Assembly: GCF_003072485.1 (NCBI RefSeq) | Contig: NZ_CP025989.1 | Location: 540,001-572,000, forward strand | DNA from: Candidatus Fokinia solitaria | GTDB taxonomy: Bacteria; Pseudomonadota; Alphaproteobacteria; Rickettsiales; Midichloriaceae | DNA length: 32,000 nt | Direction of reading: 5' to 3' | In this document: piece after piece, positions 21,355-28,378 of the stretch | Layout of the letters: each line of letters begins with the position of its first letter | How positions within the stretch are numbered: the stretch's first letter is position 1 | The notes under the pieces: model-generated | Seen by the model: only the letters and a program-made list of their open reading frames with translations | Told to the model about the DNA's origin: nothing | The model's database searches: none | Made by a program: the position numbers and the translations under genes

Positions 21355-23985
21355 TTAATACGCAGCACTACCATATATGAAGAAGCGTTGCTCTAAGTCT
21401 CCAGTTTGCGGATTAATAGGAATTGCATAATCAAAGGAGATTGTACCTAAAAACGGTAACTTTATGCTTAATCCTACACCGATACCACCTCTTACTGCTT
21501 CAAAGTTATAATATCCATTATATGGATTTAATCCTTGTACAAAGTAAGGATTCTTTAGACTTTCTATGCACTCAGGAGACAATTGTGCTGCGTTACACGT
21601 CTGTGCTTCTTCTGCTGCTTTTTTTAATGCCAATGGCCCTCCTCTACATGGCTGTTCTGCTGCTTTTTCTTTTGCTTTTTTAAATGTCGATAGTTCCTTT
21701 CCACATCCTTGCACTTCTTCTCTCATTTGCGCTTCATCTGGCACTTTTCCATTATATGGATAATAGCCCATTTTCTCCCAAGTTTTCTTTGGTATGTCTA
21801 TATCCCAACAAGTACCAAAATCCACAAATCCTCTCACATCGATATCCAATTCTTTCGCTATTTTCAGAGGATATATCAACTCTACCGAGGTAGTGAAGTA
21901 CTTTTTAGCACCTAGGGAATCAGAATATAACTTATCTCTAGGACCAATACCATTTGGCTGGAAGCCGCGTACTTTAGGCGCACCAAGCATAAATCCATTC
22001 ACAACACTTACTTTATTATCTCCAAAGCCTTCAATGAGCCCTCCATTTAGTTTTGTATAAATGAGAAGACTTCTATCAGCAGTTGGTAAGTAGAAATTAG
22101 CACTGACATCGTACTTCTGATAGTATCCATTTCCACCTAATCCAGCGAATTCCGGGAAAAGACCTATAGAATAGCCATTTGGCAATTTTCCTCTATAAAA
22201 AACCTTGTTATACGTTATAGATGATGTTACGGCTGATATCACATACGGAGACTGTTCTGCTCTGATATACGCTGATACGTCACTTTTTTTATTATTTATA
22301 TCATCACCTCTTACAGTATATCCTAAGCCTACGTCACAATTTTTCGTCATAGGGAAAATAAATTTTGTGAACAGCCCCTTTCTCACTATATCGTACTGTG
22401 CCTGTTTAGTATTAGCATTCTCAGTATAATACGGAGTGGTATTATAAAAAGCTCCAAATTGCCACTTTAAATCACGCTCAAGAAAATACGGATCGGTATA
22501 TGTAAAGTCAGTAGCAAAAGATGGCGCTACGTTCGCCGTATTATTCATCATACCAGGCGCTGGTCCTGCTGAAAATCTTACATCAACTATCTTTCCAGTA
22601 CCGAGGAAATTTCTTTCCACAAGTTCAAGTAATCCAGAAAATTTAGATTTACCTGTAGAATCCATGCCACCATAAGCTACTTGCAACTGCACTTTTGCAG
22701 TACTTTTTTCTTTCACCGTAAGCTTTAGATCTGCTCTATCATTTTGCTGTGGCACAACACTAACATTGATATCATCGAATATATCAAGTGCTCTGATATT
22801 AGAAAGAGATGCATTAACGTATTCCATCTTAAAAGGATCTCCTTCCATTATTTCTAACTCTTTTCTCACGACAAAATCTTTAGTCTTTGAATTGCCATCT
22901 ATCACGATATTGTCCACGTAAACATAGCTGCTTTCTGTGATATTGAAACGCACATCTACTTCATAGCCATCTTTAGTTATTTCGTACGATACCTTACTAA
23001 AGGCATATCCTGCTTCATGCATCTTCTCTTTCAGCGCTTCTTGTAATCCTTTTATCTTTCCGATGGAAACTGGATCTCCTCTTCTGATATTAATCTTTTT
23101 TATCACATCTGAAAAATTCACTTTTTTCTCTAGATTGACAGTCATATTTCTTATGATATATCTCGCTCCTTCATCTACTACATATGTCACAAGTGCACCT
23201 TTTTTCTCTGGTAGAATTGCAACTTCGCCATTACTTACCTCGCAATCTATATATCCTGCGTCTTCATAAAACTCCTTCAGTCTCTGTATATCTGAAACCA
23301 TTGTACTGTGCTTCACTATATGACTGCTACCAAGCGCACGATACCAAGTCTTCTCTTTCATCGATAACACATCTTTCAATTTAGCATCTGAAAATGCTTT
23401 ATTTTCAACAAAATTTATCGCAACTACAGAAGGCGCATTACCTTCGTATATGTAGTATATTACATTCACTCTCACATCATCAAGCATCACAAATTTCGGA
23501 GTAATTGTAGCTTCAAAATACCCTTTTTCTCTGAACACTTGCTTTAATACTTGTGAATCCATCCAGCTTTTTTGATAACCATACAGCGTACCAGGCTTCA
23601 TCTTCACAAAATTCTGCAATGTAGAGTCACTGATATTTTTATTCCCGCGAAAGAACACAGCATTAACTATGGGCACTTCTTTTACCTTGATGGATATTGA
23701 GTGCTCTTTTTCATCAAATTCGGCTCTTACTTCTTTGAAGAAGCCAGTACCATACAACTTCTTAATAGAGTTATTTATTAGCTGTTCCGTAATTTCCTTA
23801 CGCTTTGGTAATGCAAAGTAATGTATAATAGCGCTCGAAGATAGCATCTTATTACCTGCAACAGTCAGCTTTACGTCTTCAGTGAAAATCACAGTACCTC
23901 CTGTTGCAGCATCGGCATCATAACAAACGCCAAGAAAAAGAAATAACAGAAGCAAAAGAGTAAATCTTTTAAAGTATCTCATCAA
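21355..23985 (-). CDS. bamA: Outer membrane protein assembly factor BamA (Omp85 family)
   Basis: The ORF is 876 aa. It has a signal peptide (MMRYFKRFTLLLLLFLFLGVCYDADA), a POTRA-like N-terminal half, the conserved barrel loop motif KVRGF and a C-terminal beta-barrel ending RFFIYGSAAY. The first codon of the track ORF is TTG (23985-23983). The adjacent ATG at 23982-23980 is the more likely start. Confidence 0.9.
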   Translation of the reverse strand: MMRYFKRFTLLLLLFLFLGVCYDADAATGGTVIFTEDVKLTVAGNKMLSSSAIIHYFALPKRKEITEQLINNSIKKLYGTGFFKEVRAEFDEKEHSISIKVKEVPIVNAVFFRGNKNISDSTLQNFVKMKPGTLYGYQKSWMDSQVLKQVFREKGYFEATITPKFVMLDDVRVNVIYYIYEGNAPSVVAINFVENKAFSDAKLKDVLSMKEKTWYRALGSSHIVKHSTMVSDIQRLKEFYEDAGYIDCEVSNGEVAILPEKKGALVTYVVDEGARYIIRNMTVNLEKKVNFSDVIKKINIRRGDPVSIGKIKGLQEALKEKMHEAGYAFSKVSYEITKDGYEVDVRFNITESSYVYVDNIVIDGNSKTKDFVVRKELEIMEGDPFKMEYVNASLSNIRALDIFDDINVSVVPQQNDRADLKLTVKEKSTAKVQLQVAYGGMDSTGKSKFSGLLELVERNFLGTGKIVDVRFSAGPAPGMMNNTANVAPSFATDFTYTDPYFLERDLKWQFGAFYNTTPYYTENANTKQAQYDIVRKGLFTKFIFPMTKNCDVGLGYTVRGDDINNKKSDVSAYIRAEQSPYVISAVTSSITYNKVFYRGKLPNGYSIGLFPEFAGLGGNGYYQKYDVSANFYLPTADRSLLIYTKLNGGLIEGFGDNKVSVVNGFMLGAPKVRGFQPNGIGPRDKLYSDSLGAKKYFTTSVELIYPLKIAKELDIDVRGFVDFGTCWDIDIPKKTWEKMGYYPYNGKVPDEAQMREEVQGCGKELSTFKKAKEKAAEQPCRGGPLALKKAAEEAQTCNAAQLSPECIESLKNPYFVQGLNPYNGYYNFEAVRGGIGVGLSIKLPFLGTISFDYAIPINPQTGDLEQRFFIYGSAAY

Positions 23986-24291
23986 AAATATACCAATACC
24001 TAGATTTTCCAGTCATCGGTAGAGGATATACATTTTTACAAAATAATCAAATCCAAGACTCCATTCGATACCTTAATATCGATATGAAAAATAACATTTC
24101 GGCAAATTACTTAAAAATTTAATGCTAAAAATCAAAACTTATATGAAACGCATACGCGAAAAGTATCGCAAATATCATGCGATGATATAATAAAATAAAG
24201 AGAAAATAACGCTTAGGTATCCTTGCGCGAAAACGATACAGATAAATAAAAGTATACTAAGAAGATAAGAACATGAAGGAGAAGATGTTCA

Positions 24292-25296
24292 TTATTTCAA
24301 ATTCTTCACATCGCTTACTGATACCGATATAAGGATTGCTATAATAAACACAAAGCCGAGGAAGAATAGAATTTTTTGGACATTTTGCGGGATTCTCTTC
24401 TTAAATAGTAAGAGGGTGATAAAATCTAAGAGACATATTACAATATTTCCTCCATCTAAGCCTGGAATAGGAAGTAAATTAAAGACACCTAGATTAATAG
24501 AAAGCACCGCCATGAAGAATAGTAGCGCTGGAAAGCCTTTCTGTAAGATAGAATGAACTAAATTCGCAACGCCAATTGGCCCTACAATTTCTGCCTTCTC
24601 ATCCTTGTTGAATGCAGTTTTTAGTAACATAGGTATACCTGAGAATACTTGCTTGCACATTATAACTGTATCATTAAGACCGCTTTCGATAGAGCTGAGT
24701 AAACTTCTTTTCACGGTAATATTTACTCCAAGTTCTGTCAAATGATTGACTGTTGTAGAAAGTACCACATTATTATCTCCTCTCTTTACCAAGATTACGA
24801 GATCCTGATTATCTTTGCCGTAGAATGCGCTAATCTCAGACATACTTTTTCCATTCACTGTTAATATCACGTCACCTTTTATAATGCCAACTTTCTCAGC
24901 TACAGATTCGTGTTGCACTCCTAAAACAATTCCTTCTTCGTAGTAATTCGATATGTATATCGAAGTAAATACCAAGATTACGCAGGAAAGCAGAAAATTT
25001 GCTAACGGCCCACCTATGCATATAAAAGCTCTTATAAGAGGAGATTTGTTTTCGTATGAATGTGGATCACTCAAACCGTCTTGCATTTTCACATACCCTC
25101 CTAATGGAAAAAGAGCTATTTGCCATAATACTCCTGCAGAATCTTTGTATCCGAACAATTTACGGCCAAATCCGAAAGATACAACATTTACTTTTACTCC
25201 AGATATTTTCGCGGCAACAAAGTGTCCTAATTCGTGCAACATCACAATAGGAAACAGGAAAAGCAGCAATTCTACAAACATCCACAGTGCTTCCAT
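24292..25296 (-). CDS. rseP: RIP site-2 zinc metalloprotease RseP (M50 family, single PDZ domain)
   Basis: The ORF is 334 aa. It carries the HELGH zinc motif in the first TM helix, a PDZ-like segment (GIIKGDVILTVNGKS) and the NLLPIPGLDGG motif. It sits directly upstream of bamA, which is the canonical arrangement. Confidence 0.85.
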   Translation of the reverse strand: MEALWMFVELLLFLFPIVMLHELGHFVAAKISGVKVNVVSFGFGRKLFGYKDSAGVLWQIALFPLGGYVKMQDGLSDPHSYENKSPLIRAFICIGGPLANFLLSCVILVFTSIYISNYYEEGIVLGVQHESVAEKVGIIKGDVILTVNGKSMSEISAFYGKDNQDLVILVKRGDNNVVLSTTVNHLTELGVNITVKRSLLSSIESGLNDTVIMCKQVFSGIPMLLKTAFNKDEKAEIVGPIGVANLVHSILQKGFPALLFFMAVLSINLGVFNLLPIPGLDGGNIVICLLDFITLLLFKKRIPQNVQKILFFLGFVFIIAILISVSVSDVKNLK

Positions 25297-25568
25297 TTTT
25301 CTTTTTATCTTTGAATCATAATGATGATGCTATCATACACTAGTAACAAAATAAAGTCATTTCAATGAAAGAGGCTCATAGCTTCTCCCTACATTTCGCG
25401 TTTTCTCGTCAATTACCTCTTCATCTTTCATAAAACATTATATCGTATCTTTCCACTCTTATAGCAGCATCTAGCATTCACTATCACACAAGTTATTACG
25501 TCGCACTAAGTAGCGTTAAGTACTGTAAATTTAATGGTACTCATATCAATTTTTAGTCCTATATATTG

Positions 25569-26702
25569 CTATTCGATAATAGTTTGAAATATAGATAAAT
25601 TACTATCACTATTTATAGAATTATCATTCTGATAAATTACACTACTGACATCACTTTTCTCAAAATTCTTAGGAGTAAAACCTAAGTCAGAAGGAAGATT
25701 ATGAAAACGTGCGGATACTTCTTCGTAATCTATGCTAAATGAAGTACTATCGTAAATAGTAAACATAATGGACGATATAAAACCATCTACTTTTGCAATA
25801 ATCGTGCAATTTTCAGTACCATCTAATATCTTAAAACTACGAGATTCTACGCATTCTATAGATAATTTATCTCCACGCTTGCAAACGTCAGGAGAGTTTA
25901 TATTAGAAAAGGTATATACCGAACATTGCGACTTTATAATATCTGCAGTTGGTACATAGCAAAATTCCTCCGTAATACTTCTCTTCATCACAAGCATATT
26001 GGTCTTCTCTACATCAACGTTATATGTTACAGAAAGCAACTTTAGAACCATAGTATTTACTATATTTACACAAATAGCGTTATCAAAATGCTTACACAAA
26101 TAACCTCCAATACTATTATGGATATCAGTATATTTTTTAAGTCCTTCTGCTGCCATATTATAACCTATATGCGAAATGCCACATCCAACTATTTTCTCTA
26201 AAATAGACACTTCTGTAGCATGTACACTTTTCTTAGCAACGCAGGAAACGGCGCCATGAATACTTGGAATTGCTTCTCTGAGAAAATGCCATTTTTGAAA
26301 AATTTCAAAATCTATTAAAAAAGACAAATCGATTGCAAATTTCGAAACAGTACTCGCGACATCTACTTTTCCTACATAAGTCACTCCTACCATCCCACCA
26401 GACGATGATCCAATGACTGTACTTAGTACACTATAGGTAGCTTTTGCGACAGCGCCTATCAAGAAATGTTTCTTTGCAATTTCCGCAGGTGTATAGATAT
26501 TCTTGTACGCTAGTACACACTCTGTCATAGTAGTAGCTAATCCGACAGCAGCACCTTCTACAAAAGCAGCTGGTAATGAGATTAGAGAGTGTAAATGCAA
26601 GGAAGTTATCATTGGATGCTCAAGATTCCAAGAGTATGCGATAAATCCTACATGTAGAGTTTTAAGAAAATAAGCTGCTGCAGCATTATGCCGTCTATGC
26701 AT
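25569..26702 (-). CDS. Hypothetical protein with hydrophobic, Gly-rich N-terminal segments and a C-terminal half containing most of its 10 cysteines
   Basis: This is an intact 377-aa ORF with an ATG start, on the same strand as its neighbours. I recognised no family. Hydrophobic stretches include LISLPAAFVEGAAVGLATTMTECVLAY and LIGAVAKATYSVLSTVIGSSSGGMVGV. Confidence 0.6.
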   Translation of the reverse strand: MHRRHNAAAAYFLKTLHVGFIAYSWNLEHPMITSLHLHSLISLPAAFVEGAAVGLATTMTECVLAYKNIYTPAEIAKKHFLIGAVAKATYSVLSTVIGSSSGGMVGVTYVGKVDVASTVSKFAIDLSFLIDFEIFQKWHFLREAIPSIHGAVSCVAKKSVHATEVSILEKIVGCGISHIGYNMAAEGLKKYTDIHNSIGGYLCKHFDNAICVNIVNTMVLKLLSVTYNVDVEKTNMLVMKRSITEEFCYVPTADIIKSQCSVYTFSNINSPDVCKRGDKLSIECVESRSFKILDGTENCTIIAKVDGFISSIMFTIYDSTSFSIDYEEVSARFHNLPSDLGFTPKNFEKSDVSSVIYQNDNSINSDSNLSIFQTIIE

Positions 26703-26789
26703 AATAATAAAATGAATTTTTTGTATGACATATATAATACTAACTCTGCATACAAAATAATAACAACAGAATTCTTTCTGATATCTAAT

Positions 26790-27218
26790 CTATAGCATCG
26801 CTATCCGATTGCAGTGCTTAGGTTCATTGGAAAAATCTGTTGCAATAAATACGTTGAGTATATTTTTAGCTTCATCAAACGCTAAAAAATCCCCTCCTAA
26901 TACTAGTATGTTTGCATTGTTATGTGCTCTTGAGATACGCGCATACTCTTCGTTATGACATAGAGCAGCTCTCACTTGCTGATATCTATTTGCTGCAATA
27001 CTCATTCCTATACCGCTGCCACATATCAGAATTCCAATCACTCCATTAGCAGATACTTGCATTGCAACTTTTTTCGCAATTAATGGATAATCCACAATCT
27101 CTTTTTCATCGCATCCAGCATCAAAAATTTCTGAATCAATATAGTGCTGTAGCATAAAGGCAAATAGCTTCTGCTTCATCCAGTATCCTCTATGATCTGC
27201 ACCTATTACAATACGCAT
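26790..27218 (-). CDS. rpiB: Ribose-5-phosphate isomerase B (RpiB/LacA/LacB family)
   Basis: The ORF is 142 aa. It has MRIVIGADHRG, DYP and GILICGSGIGMSIAANR...RAALC...ARISRAHNNANILVLGG, which align with the conserved blocks of E. coli RpiB. Confidence 0.9.
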   Translation of the reverse strand: MRIVIGADHRGYWMKQKLFAFMLQHYIDSEIFDAGCDEKEIVDYPLIAKKVAMQVSANGVIGILICGSGIGMSIAANRYQQVRAALCHNEEYARISRAHNNANILVLGGDFLAFDEAKNILNVFIATDFSNEPKHCNRIAML

Positions 27219-27360
27219 AATAGCTTTGCACTCGATTGTTTACTTATATCATTCATTAGTTAACATAAAATATTGCAATAAGACTAAGTAATCACTAGAA
27301 TCGATCATAGTCGTATGGAGTCTCGTATCAACTCCATCTAACATTACTTTGTTTTTCAAC

Positions 27361-27603
27361 ATGACACAGTACTTAAAATATGCGTTCATTGCATCATTTT
27401 TCTCTCTTTCATTGGCTTCATCAATAGCTAATGCAGCTGATCAAACTCAAGATGCAAATAGCGCTACTACAACGGATAGTACTACAACGGACACTGATAG
27501 TCAGAAAAAAAATACTAAGCCGTCTACTACCACTCAGGCGCCTGCAGCAAATGCTACAAGTAGCACTAGTAATTCTGCTTCAAGTACTACAACTACAAAA
27601 TAA
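27361..27603 (+). CDS. Small secreted Thr/Ser-rich protein (hypothetical)
   Basis: The ATG at 27361 gives MTQYLKYAFIASFFSLSLASSIANA|ADQTQ..., a classical signal peptide with an A-x-A cleavage site. The mature part of about 55 aa is roughly half Thr/Ser. The track ORF starts at TTG 27349. A strong intrinsic terminator follows immediately. Confidence 0.55.
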   Translation: MTQYLKYAFIASFFSLSLASSIANAADQTQDANSATTTDSTTTDTDSQKKNTKPSTTTQAPAANATSSTSNSASSTTTTK

Positions 27604-27608
27604 ATTGA

Positions 27609-27654
27609 TAGAGAGTGTAAATTGGCAATTTAATTTTACACTCTCTACTTTTTT
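27609..27654 (+). terminator. Rho-independent terminator
   Basis: A perfect 13-bp stem pairs 27609-27621 (tagagagtgtaaa) with 27635-27647 (tttacactctcta). The loop is 13 nt and is followed by a T6 run at 27649-27654. The structure begins 6 bp after the stop codon of the Thr-rich ORF. Confidence 0.8.
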
Positions 27655-28021
27655 ACTTACTTCTTCCAAGCTTTCTCTCCGCTTCCTACTTTGAAGCTTT
27701 TCGCGCTGTAACTTAGTATCTTAAAAAAAACGTCAGCGTTTCTAGTATGACTTTGATATCTAATATGTCTTCTTGAGGGATATATTCCGTATTTCTTTTC
27801 GGTAGTAAATTTTCTAAAAAATGCTACTTACATCGCATAAAATCATATTCGTAAAGTTCTTCCTAAATGAGAATATGTATTATTTATTAAATCGATAAAG
27901 ATATAATAGCAATGTTATTGCAATGTCAATTTTAAACATATAGAATAAAACTATATTAAAAAATAAGACGTTTTGAATTATTTTTTATCTCATTGTTTTT
28001 TTAACATTTTTTTCTACTGTC

Positions 28022-28378
28022 ATGAAACATATAAAAAAATTATCGAAATACTTATTCTTCATAGTAATGCTAATTTTTCCTGCGATTGCGTTTGCTGATA
28101 GTACTACTCCAGATGTAACCCCTCTTGAGCAGGTATTATGCAACATTTTTGAAATAATAAGTGGTCCGATAGTAACTGCCGTCATTACAGTTACCATTAT
28201 CTCGACTGGTCTTGGCGGACTATTTGGCAAAGTATCATGGACAACAGTTGTAGTAATATTCATAGCAGGAGCTGTTATAGTAGGAGCACCACAAATGGCT
28301 GCCGTATTTACGAGTGTCGATAGCAGCACCAGTTCATCACTACAGCCATTCACATGTGGCAGTTCAACATCAAGTTAG
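28022..28378 (+). CDS. virB2: TrbC/VirB2-family type IV secretion pilin-like protein
   Basis: The ORF is 118 aa. It has a signal peptide (MKHIKKLSKYLFFIVMLIFPAIAFA|DS) and two hydrophobic helices separated by a short loop containing Gly, Lys and Trp (GPIVTAVITVTIISTGLGGLFGKVSWTTVVVIFIAGAVIVGAPQMA). This is the typical VirB2/TrbC topology. The C-terminal tail is Ser/Thr-rich. The assignment rests on pattern only, with no search run. Confidence 0.55.
   Translation: MKHIKKLSKYLFFIVMLIFPAIAFADSTTPDVTPLEQVLCNIFEIISGPIVTAVITVTIISTGLGGLFGKVSWTTVVVIFIAGAVIVGAPQMAAVFTSVDSSTSSSLQPFTCGSSTSS

Noticed and set aside
21514-21761. The bamA insertion as a Rickettsia-palindromic-element-like (RPE) in-frame insertion.
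   Set aside because: I looked for the long inverted repeat expected of an RPE and found only direct repeats: the 14-bp flanks and an internal duplication of about 51 bp. I therefore do not call it an RPE. The insertion itself is retained as a finding.
21423-23384. Plus-strand ORFs inside bamA (21423..21683, 21566..21763, 21684..21893, 21709..21915, 21794..22060, 22205..22429, 23063..23269, 23184..23384).
   Set aside because: They lie antisense to a confidently identified 876-aa BamA and have no independent support.
24953-25959. Plus-strand ORFs 24953..25321 and 25056..25250 (antisense to rseP) and 25768..25959 (antisense to the 377-aa orphan).
   Set aside because: They are shadow ORFs opposite longer ORFs. 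rseP in particular carries diagnostic motifs (HELGH, LDGG).
27431-27694. An alternative-frame plus-strand ORF overlapping the Thr-rich gene and running through the terminator hairpin.
   Set aside because: It has no signal peptide or recognisable features and it spans the terminator stem-loop. The frame with the signal peptide ends just before the terminator and is the better model.
23986-28021. tRNA, rRNA or other structured-RNA genes in the longer intergenic spacers (23986-24291, 25297-25568, 26703-26789, 27655-28021).
   Set aside because: There are no GC-rich cloverleaf-like segments or T-loop (GTTCRANYC-like) motifs, and the spacers are uniformly AT-rich. Small RNAs cannot be excluded without transcript data.
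27985-28353. A 122-aa minus-strand ORF opposite the VirB2-like gene.
   Set aside because: The plus-strand reading gives a canonical signal peptide and pilin-like double-helix topology. The minus-strand product has no such organisation. The ORF would also need a promoter inside brnQ's 3' end.
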